Assembly (NCBI GenBank): GCA_010093815.1 | Contig: ML996574.1 | Strand: one strand, 5' to 3' | Length of the DNA: 64,000 nucleotides | DNA from: Pseudovirgaria hyperparasitica | Taxonomy: Eukaryota | Part shown: positions 1 to 8,491 of the stretch, in pieces | Layout: every line of letters starts with the position of its first letter | How positions within the stretch are numbered: position 1 is the stretch's first letter | Translations under genes and position numbers: made by a program | The notes under the pieces: generated by a model | Told to the model about the DNA's origin: nothing | The model's input: only the letters and a program-made list of their open reading frames with translations | Databases searched by the model: none

Positions 1-2671
1 TGATCTTGGAACTCGTGATATGATTGTACATGGGCCGCCAAATCTGAAGCAAGCTTTGGCGACTTGCAGACGGTTTGTCTTTCGGAAAGGGATTCCTGTG
101 TACGCATTTGAGCATACGCCAAACGTGCCAAAGGCAGGCAACATAGCTGAACATCCCACCTGGCAGGATGATATTGTCAAGGCTTGGGCGATGGCCATAG
201 AGCCATCACACCACAACCATAATGTTTCTGCCCCTGAAAACCCTCGGAAGCGAAGCTTTGATCAAGCCATGGGCTGGGCCAGTGATTTGACCAGTGAGCA
301 ACAAGAAAAACAGTACAATCAGTTACGAGAGTCCATTGTCGGCGACATGTTCAACTCGAATTGGCGCATGGATGCTCTATATGACACAAATCTCCGCAAT
401 GTGGAGCTGCCAGCAGAGATCTTCATTCGCGACCCCGATACAAAGGAGATCAAAAGGTATGAAGGGCCAGTGCCAGGAGACCTGCCATATCACCAGCTCC
501 CTGACATAACTGTACTGGTGCGCAAGGCATGGCCAGCAGCCCTGGTTGGCAGACTACCTCCAACGAAGCCATCATCCGTTGCTGTATCGTATATCGCACG
601 TACTCACCCAATACGAGGGAAGTTTGACCCTAAAAAGGCACTAGAGCTTGGTCTCAGGGATAAGACCAAGTACAAGGACATTGCCAAAGGTGAGCCAGTG
701 GAGAATGACAAAGGAGAAATGATACAGCCAGATCAGGTTCTTGGCAAAGGCAGCTCTGGAGAAGCTTTCGCGATTATTGAGTTACCAGGCGTCGAATACG
801 TCGAACCGCTAATTGCCAGAGCGGAGTGGAAAACACCACAACTCTTAGAGAACATGCAGCACATTGTGTGGATACTCGCTCCGGGCGTATTGGAACATAG
901 GCCACTGCAAGACTTCATGCGAAAACTGAGCGACGATCTTGGTGTGCATCACATAGTCTCCTCGACAGACACTCATCCAGATCGTGCGCCGTTCATAAGT
1001 GCTGCTGGTCAGCATGCGAGACTCAACAAGATCGATCCCTGCAGGTTTCCAGCGCTTTCTTTTGATGACACTACCATCATACAGTCGCTTTCTGCAGGCA
1101 CGAATATCTCAGGTCACGAATTGAAAGATATCCCTACCCTCCATCCGCCTGCCGCAGGTATTGAGATGGCTACAGGATCTAAATTTGAACAGTCTGTGTA
1201 CAACCAACAGGTGCAGCTGGACATGGAAGAGGAGCTCAAGGTTCTCGACCCCTCAATTCTGAAGCTGTCCGAAGAAGCTGCTCAGAGGATCAAAGACGAC
1301 GCAGAAGCCTTGGACTTGTGGAAGAAAAAGATACCAGAACCAGATACGGAGGTCTTTTCCCTTGGAACAGGTTCGGCAGTGCCCTCGAATTATCGAAATG
1401 TATCTGCAACTCTCGTAAGAGTACCCGGGAAAGGTGCCTATCTCTTTGACGCTGGCGAGGGTACATGGGGACAAATACAACGAGTATTTGGACCGGAAGG
1501 GGCACGCGAAGTCATGAAAGAATTACGCATGATCTGGATAAGTCATATGCACGCCGACCACCATCTTGGCGTCACGTCTGTGATCCGCGCATGGCGAGAC
1601 ACCGTCCATGGCAAGCCCGGGACAGAAGGAACTGCCTCGTCCAAACAGCGCCTGGCCGTCATCTCCGCCGTTTACATGATCGACTGGCTCCGCGAGTATT
1701 CTGAAATCGAAGACTACGGCTATTCACATATTCTTCCTCTTGCTATTACTGCCGAACAAGACATGAAATCCTTGTCCGCCGTCTCGCGCAGCAACCTACA
1801 TCTTCATCCCAGTGACCCTGCCTCCACTTCCGACCCTGTCCCTTTCAAAGTCGCTGAATTGATGCGTCACACCCATCTCTCTGGAATCCGCGCCGTTACT
1901 GTCCACCATTGTCATGGTGCCCGGGCCGTGTCCATCGCCTTCCCATCTGGTCTCAAGATCAGCTACTCTGGCGATTGCCGGCCCTCACCCGCGTTCGCTA
2001 GAATTGGCAAAGACTCTACCCTTCTCATCCACGAGGCCACCTTTGACGACGACCTTCGCGGCGATGCGGAGGCAAAGAAGCACAGTACCACCGGGGAAGC
2101 ACTCGAGATTGGCCAGATGATGGGCGCGAAGTGTGTATTGCTCACGCATTTCAGCCAGCGATACAGCAAGATCCCCATTGTCGAGGCCGACAGCGAGGCT
2201 CCGAAGCCGGCCAAGCCACCCGCGACGGGATCAGTCCTCGATGACCAAGTCGCTCCTTCCATCCGTGGCGATACCCTGCCTCAGCCGACCGGAGTCAGCG
2301 ACCTCGGGCCTGATCTCGAGGATGACCTCAAAGCCAGATTCGACGGCGACGACGACAACTTCGACAACACACTCAACGACGCCCGCCTCACTAGCGGCGA
2401 CAAATCCACGGGACCAGCCGACGTCAACCGCGCGCCCTCGGCAGCCGTGTTCAAGGTCAGCGACCCGGACCTGAAGGTGGGCATTGCATTCGACTACATG
2501 CGCGTCAAACTAGGCGAGTTTGCGCACCTGAAGTACTACACCCCCGCACTGATCCGCTTGTTCTCGGGGCCCGAGGAGGACGTGCTGGAGACGGAGGCGA
2601 AACCTAAGAAGGATAAGAGGAAGAAGAATAAGGAGGTAGGACCGGTCAGAGAGCTGGATGGATTGAATTAA
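1..2671 (+). CDS. TRZ1: tRNase Z (long form, ELAC2/Trz1 family), 5'-truncated by the window edge
   Basis: Metallo-beta-lactamase motifs GTGSAVPSNYRNVS, LFDAGEG, ISHMHADHHLG, HCHGA, YSGDCRP, LIHEATF, KKHST, LLTHFSQRY and AFDYM. The frame is open back to position 2. Basic C-terminal tail KPKKDKRKKNK. Confidence 0.95.
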   Translation, partial: DLGTRDMIVHGPPNLKQALATCRRFVFRKGIPVYAFEHTPNVPKAGNIAEHPTWQDDIVKAWAMAIEPSHHNHNVSAPENPRKRSFDQAMGWASDLTSEQQEKQYNQLRESIVGDMFNSNWRMDALYDTNLRNVELPAEIFIRDPDTKEIKRYEGPVPGDLPYHQLPDITVLVRKAWPAALVGRLPPTKPSSVAVSYIARTHPIRGKFDPKKALELGLRDKTKYKDIAKGEPVENDKGEMIQPDQVLGKGSSGEAFAIIELPGVEYVEPLIARAEWKTPQLLENMQHIVWILAPGVLEHRPLQDFMRKLSDDLGVHHIVSSTDTHPDRAPFISAAGQHARLNKIDPCRFPALSFDDTTIIQSLSAGTNISGHELKDIPTLHPPAAGIEMATGSKFEQSVYNQQVQLDMEEELKVLDPSILKLSEEAAQRIKDDAEALDLWKKKIPEPDTEVFSLGTGSAVPSNYRNVSATLVRVPGKGAYLFDAGEGTWGQIQRVFGPEGAREVMKELRMIWISHMHADHHLGVTSVIRAWRDTVHGKPGTEGTASSKQRLAVISAVYMIDWLREYSEIEDYGYSHILPLAITAEQDMKSLSAVSRSNLHLHPSDPASTSDPVPFKVAELMRHTHLSGIRAVTVHHCHGARAVSIAFPSGLKISYSGDCRPSPAFARIGKDSTLLIHEATFDDDLRGDAEAKKHSTTGEALEIGQMMGAKCVLLTHFSQRYSKIPIVEADSEAPKPAKPPATGSVLDDQVAPSIRGDTLPQPTGVSDLGPDLEDDLKARFDGDDDNFDNTLNDARLTSGDKSTGPADVNRAPSAAVFKVSDPDLKVGIAFDYMRVKLGEFAHLKYYTPALIRLFSGPEEDVLETEAKPKKDKRKKNKEVGPVRELDGLN

Positions 2672-3282
2672 ATGGTTGGAATGGGGGGAGAGGGTTCCTG
2701 ACTACCTGTTTGTCTGTCTGCCTGGCAAATAAAACGCTGTGACTGGGACTGGACTCGACCGGATTTTGATGGAAGTATAGATTTGTTGCTTGTGTAGATA
2801 TGGAAAATACTCTGCTCATTCTATTGACACACACTATCTTTTTTCTCCTTGTATCGTGACTTGTCCGCCTTTTCGTTCCTGGTGTCGTTTTTATATGCCC
2901 AACTTCATGCACTCCATTAAAACACTGCATACACCTCGAAATGTCTCTGTATAATATCTGTGTAACTGGCGAGCTAGAACTGTTATGTATACGTACGGAC
3001 CCATGCATGAATGCATGTCATTCATTCTTTCACTCATTCACTGACCAGGTAACTTGTTCATTCATTGGCTCATCGACTCATCGATCGACTCGTCACCTGT
3101 CAACAACATGTACCTACGTACAGCATATACCCACGTATAATACATAGTTCCGGGCATGCGTGCGTGCGAGTACGTGCCTACCATGAGCACTATCATTGTC
3201 ACGTATCACCGTATGGCTGTGGGAGTGGCTGTGAGTGCGTAGGATAGTAAGACCGTAGGATGGTCCCCGGTATAGTATATGT

Positions 3283-3360
3283 ATAGATAGATAGATAGAT
3301 ACATACATACATACATACATACATACATACATACATACATACATACATACATACATACAT
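3283..3360. repeat. Compound (ATAG)n(ATAC)n microsatellite
   Basis: Directly visible perfect tetranucleotide arrays. Confidence 0.95.
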
Positions 3361-3761
3361 GGGCTAAATAGACCTATAGCTCTGATCGTCAGTGATGTAA
3401 ACTGTGTTTTCATGTTGTCGGTTTTGTGTGTATTTAGTACCTAGGTGGGTGGTGGGTTCTGGTAGGAGGAGGATTATGTGTGTATATGTATATGTACGTG
3501 CTACCGTGCGTCTTACGTCTTGCTTTTGTCTGGCTTCATGTTTATTTCTGTATACTATGTGTATATGGTATGCATTTAGGAAGCTGTCTGATAGATAAGA
3601 TGTGTTTGCTGGCAATATGTGATCGTTAGTACTGCATTTCTCTATGCGCTTGGGTTGCAGATGTACCAGCCAGTGCGCGTGTACTTTGCATTTGCACATG
3701 TCTATGCATGTACATGCACATGTGTACATGTATGCACATAAGCCCTACACTCCGCTATCGC

Positions 3762-4070
3762 ACAGCCAGCCCTACAGCTCCACACCACATCGCACCATAC
3801 AACATACAACACAGTCGTACAGCCTCGCAGGCTCATATCCGTCCGTACCCAGTACATCCGGATACCTAACCAGCACGTACCTCACCCACACAGCCTTACA
3901 GCCCTACAGCTCCACTCTCACACAGCACACCATAACAGCCTTACAGCCTCACAGGCTCATTTCTGTACCCAGTACGTACCTACCGTACCTTGCCCATGCA
4001 GACAGCCTTACAGCCCTACGGCCCCCGCATACAAGTATACAAGTACCAAGCCAGCCTCTCAGCCTTACAA
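3762..4070. repeat. Degenerate ~120-bp tandem duplication built on CAGCC(C/T)TACAGC units
   Basis: Two copies of cagccctacagctccac...caccata...tacagcctc(g/a)caggctcat...gtacccagtac...cgtacct, plus a partial third copy. Confidence 0.75.
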
Positions 4071-4529
4071 CAATCCTTCCTTCCATCGAACCCCACAATG
4101 AACTAAGCCCCCTAGTCCCCAGTCCATGATCTCGAAACACACGCGCGCTTATCTGGTTATGATACCATGCTCGTGCTCATACCCATGCTTATATCCATGC
4201 TCATACCATGTCTCACAGCTAAGCACCTGCTGTAGAAGCACATATAGGCGATCTGGTCGGGATATACAAGGCGCTTCTGTTGCGGCTGTGTTTCTTGTGG
4301 GATTTTGCAGGGGGGTGTTTTTCTGGAATGGGTTGTTTGGGAGGGAGTTACTGGGGGAGGGGGTGGGAGAATGTTTGTTTGAGTGTGAGTGTCTTGATAA
4401 TGTCTTGGTAGTGTCTTGGTGCGTTATCCTGGTGCGTTATCATGGTGCGTAATCCTGGTGGTGTCTTGTTCGGTATATTGGCGAGTTTGTATCCTACCGA
4501 ATTAGTATTCTGGTGAAATTTGTATTTAC

Positions 4530-4904
4530 CCTAGCGAGCTCGGCACAAAATATCAAGGTTCAGCGGCACGGCGCGCAGGCGCGTATGCCACAAAATTTAC
4601 CGTGCCTTTGCTCATATCCAGGGCGCGTAAATTTATGGTGGCGTGTGGCCTAATCGTGACGTAGTCCATCTTCATCCAACATCAATCCCAGCGATGAATC
4701 CTGGCGCTTTGTTTTTTAAGATGATGAGAAATGACAAACACTCGCCGCCTCTCGTCAATAGTAGCGTTCTACGTGTATCTAATCACACTCCGGCTAATAG
4801 GCAGCGGTACGGTGAATCCTGCTGCAAGAGGCGGATGCAATATGAAATTTTCACTGTTGCGTTGCGCGGCGTGGAAACATGGCTGCTGGCGCGAGCTTGC
4901 TAGG
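4530..4904 (+). ncRNA. Candidate structured non-coding RNA or fold-back element, family unassigned
   Basis: Nested complementary segments: 4530-4542/4892-4904, 4560-4567/4882-4889, 4568-4578/4862-4872, hairpin 4582-4608/4620-4647, 4745-4752/4827-4834 and 4837-4860. Several G-U pairs form on the + strand. Confidence 0.3.
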
Positions 4905-5585
4905 CTTGAGTTTCGCGTGCTGGGTGACTCTCGGCTAATTGGCAAGAAGGCAACAAGGCGGATTGTTTGCTTAATTATCTAGCGTGCATGATCGACACGC
5001 CCGGTAATGTCATAGGGCTGCGATGTGCCAGTGATGTGCTGTGCGGCATGGGCTGTAGGCCTGAGGCGTAATGAGCCGTGCATGTCCGAAAGGAGGTTGT
5101 TTATTTGCTTGTCTTGGTTAGAAAGGGTCGTTGTTGGACGTTTGCTGCAGCGAGTGGATTGTATTGTGTTTCAAGGTGACTCTAGCGATTGCGGGGATTT
5201 GGATGTGCCAATGCTGAGCTCGTGATTGATGTCTCTAGTGCAGGCTGATTTAGGAATGGCTATAGACTGTTTGGGCACAATACAAGTGCGGCGTTGAGGC
5301 TCAGCGGGACCGAGAGCGCGAGGCACAAAAGATATCGCGGTTACACAGGTATGTATAGTGATGGAATCAAGATGAGATCGGGGGTTCAGAATCGCCAACA
5401 ACTGAGTGCTAGTGCCAGCCAACCAAGCAGTCTGTAGTATACCCGGTAGGGCAATCGTAATTTCTCCAGCGACAGGTCCTCAAGAAAGCAATTCGACATG
5501 CACGTCAGGTTGATGCTCATACTCGGCGAGCAGCCCAGCTCAAAGACGGGAACTGTAATATCTGTGAAATTCGTACGGACCAAAC

Positions 5586-6086
5586 CTACTCGTCCCTGAA
5601 TCCAAACTTGCCTGTCTGATCAAGTCCGAGAGGATTCTCACCGGTCTGCTCTCTCTTACCCAGACTGTCCTTGCCATGCACGTAACTGTCTTTGTTGTCG
5701 CCCCCCAGCACCTCGCTCTTCTCTTCCTGCTCACCCATCAGTGGACCCAATGCGGGTCGCGTAATGCCGCCCACACCACTCGCGATGGGCTTCGTCAGAG
5801 TCTCAACTCCATATCCAACGGGACGTAGGACTGTACCGAGACCTTTGCCGACAGGATCGAGGACAGGCGCAAGGAGGCCTGTTCAGTGGGTCAGTGATTG
5901 TGCCAGTGTCTACAAGAGGGTTGCGAGTTGGTGACGAGTGGTGAGGGGGAGGCGTGGAATGACGATCGTACCTCCTGTGCCGGTATCTCTCGTCTTGTCC
6001 CCTTCCTGTCCTTGCGTTTGAGGAATATGTTCATTGCCTTCCTGGCTGTCGCTTGGCCTAGGCTCATGCTCTTGTGTGCCTGTCAT
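5586..6086 (-). CDS. Small two-exon hypothetical protein, 135 aa (exons 6086-5972 and 5878-5586)
   Basis: ATG at 6086; intron 5971-5879 GTACGA...CTGAC...AACAG. The spliced 408 nt give one frame: MTGTQEHEPRPSDSQEG...GGLLAPVLDPVGKGLGTVLRPVG...KREQTGENPLGLDQTGKFGFRDE*. Confidence 0.85.
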
Positions 6087-6913
6087 TCTGCTTATTTGTA
6101 ATTACCGAGACAATGATAGTTCTTGACTGCAAAGTGTTCGCTGTCGTAGCCCAGGAACGTATGGACAACTAATATGTAGTCATGAGGGCATGTATGAGCA
6201 GTATCGCGATGACGTAGTTGTGGAGTGAATGTAGGGCGGAATCAGGTCAGAATCCTGGTCGAGAGGTCAAGGGTCTTTGGTGTAACAGATGTGTATGCTT
6301 CTGTCGCTGTGCTGCTGTTGCTCCTCGGGAATGCATTTGGACAAGAGGTATTCTATAGCCGCAACAGTGAAGTGCATTGTGAGACGACGTGGCTATCGAT
6401 GTAGAAGGGAGATGCAGATATCTGGAACGAAGCCTCAATCGTTACTAATCTAGTTAGCGTGCTTCTTGTTCTAGCGCACATCAGATACTAGAAACAACGC
6501 AACCTTAATTGTTATCATGATACACGTAACTTTTCTTCCACGGCTCGCGCGTTTGCTTCGTACACCCAATCTCGCAGTGACTCATGTTCGTCACACCACT
6601 TTCAACACCGAGGCACCATTAATTACATGGACAGCCGAAAATGACGCGGCTGGTTGACATAGTCGCGATCCACTCACTGACTTAAGCGCCGTCACGTTGT
6701 GCGCATGGTGTGCCTTTAAGTCATATGGATATCATTGTTTGGGTAAATAAGTGCTATGTATGGCGCCCGACGCCGGCATGAAAATCTACGTATCGCGTAA
6801 TAGGTAATAGTCTACAAAGAAACCCCGAGTGCGAATTAATTAAGGTAGCAAATGGTATACGTCGACTCCTTCGAAGTGCAAACTTGCTTCTAGTCGGCAT
6901 GTCGTCCTATTTC

Positions 6914-8491
6914 TCACCTTCCTCCTGTTCGTGTCTTCTCGTCGTCCTTCAGGCAGGACTTGAATACACTCGCTATGATCTTGGCAGAATCTTCCGGTGT
7001 CTTGATTTCCTTGATGCGGACAAGAAACTCTTCCCATGTCACGCGAGGGTTCCTCGATCCCTTTTTGCGATCATCTGAATGTATTCGAGACCTCATGCCC
7101 TGAGCCAGTTCCACCAGAGAGTCGTTGGATGCGCTCTCGATCTTCTCCTTTGTTGGTCGGAATGCTGGAAAGTACAGCCCGTTTTTGTCTTGGCTCACAT
7201 GTGTCTTGAAATGAGCAACGCAGTTATCATTGCGCTGGAATTGTTTGCTGCATCTTTCCAGCTGGACCACTCCGTCCTCGAGCTTCTCCGTTGGGAATTC
7301 ACAAGCAAAGGGTTGCTCCAACGTGTGGGTTCTCATGTGGCGTCGCAAGTGCTCGATCCTCTTAAAGGTCCGGGAACACTTCTCCCCTCCTTTGTGCATA
7401 TTGCAACGATGTTTCTGGGAGTCGATGCTGCCGGTTGTCCATCGTCCCGTTGAGTCTTTCTTGAAGTCGCCTTGTATCTGCACGGGAATATGAGAGCCAT
7501 CTGGTGCATGAATATATCCGACGTCGGTCTTGAAGCTCTTCGCTTTGCGTCTACTCGAGGACACATCGTTTCTTTCTTTCCGTATTCCTCTAACCCCGAC
7601 AGGTGTTCTTACGGGTCGGTGGCCTATGCGAGTCCCGGAAGGTAGCTCTACCTGGCCATGGCCTAAGAACTGGTGCTGTCTGTCCGTTGAGGAAGGCATA
7701 TTAGGTGAGATTGGCGAGGCAGAATACATTGGACGACAGAAATAACCCTCACGATCAGCTTCATAGCCTTCAGATGGCATCCGAGCGTACACGGAGCCAT
7801 CGCTTGAGAAGCTCGATGTGGACGGTACCATGCTATTGTCGAAGGTGTTCGTTACAAATTGTTCGACTGTTGGAAGGGTGGTTGGCCACGTATAGGGCGT
7901 GATTGATCGACTCTCTACAACGCCTTCTGGATAGTGCGGGTAGTATTGGATACCTTGAGCCATAGGATATGTCGCAGGTGGTGGAGTCAACCATCCATCT
8001 GACGATGAACACATCTCCGGTGTCGGCATTAGTGGCTGTGGCTGTGATTTTTGCGGGCCTACGATGCCAAACCCAGAATTGTAATCAGTGGTGTCTGATG
8101 TCAAGATCCTTTGATCATACGCTGAAGATCGCAGAGGCGGAAGTGGGACATTGCGACGGCTTTGCGCGTGTGGTGACCAATTGTGACTCGCAACTTGAAG
8201 GTTTGGAACTGTACGAGTGCATTGTCGATCGGAATAATAGTCGGTGTACTCTTTGGTGTCATGATTATGCTGCGGCGTTTCGACGATGACGCTTTCGTTG
8301 AGTTTGAGATTCCTCATCTGGGTAGGTGTTTGTGGGAGGTGTGGGGAGCAATAAGAAGATGTTCCGGAGTGAACACTACCAAAACTATGTCCATACGACG
8401 ATGAAGACTGTTCTGACATTGTGGAATCTCGTCGACTGTCGTATGCGGGCGATGATGGTGTAAGATATCCAGCGCCAACAGAAAAGTCCAT
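6914..8491 (-). CDS. Two-finger C2H2 zinc-finger transcription factor, BrlA-like
   Basis: 525-aa ORF with a Ser/Pro/Thr-rich N-terminus. Fingers C-x8-C..FKRIEHLRRHMRTH, linker TLEQPFAC, C-x16-C..FQRNDNCVAHFKTH. Confidence 0.88.
   Translation of the reverse strand: MDFSVGAGYLTPSSPAYDSRRDSTMSEQSSSSYGHSFGSVHSGTSSYCSPHLPQTPTQMRNLKLNESVIVETPQHNHDTKEYTDYYSDRQCTRTVPNLQVASHNWSPHAQSRRNVPLPPLRSSAYDQRILTSDTTDYNSGFGIVGPQKSQPQPLMPTPEMCSSSDGWLTPPPATYPMAQGIQYYPHYPEGVVESRSITPYTWPTTLPTVEQFVTNTFDNSMVPSTSSFSSDGSVYARMPSEGYEADREGYFCRPMYSASPISPNMPSSTDRQHQFLGHGQVELPSGTRIGHRPVRTPVGVRGIRKERNDVSSSRRKAKSFKTDVGYIHAPDGSHIPVQIQGDFKKDSTGRWTTGSIDSQKHRCNMHKGGEKCSRTFKRIEHLRRHMRTHTLEQPFACEFPTEKLEDGVVQLERCSKQFQRNDNCVAHFKTHVSQDKNGLYFPAFRPTKEKIESASNDSLVELAQGMRSRIHSDDRKKGSRNPRVTWEEFLVRIKEIKTPEDSAKIIASVFKSCLKDDEKTRTGGR

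Noticed and set aside
4745..4834. Cloverleaf-like subdomain as a tRNA gene
   Set aside because: No TTCRA T-loop, no A/B boxes, and wrong arm geometry. Retained only as part of the larger fold.
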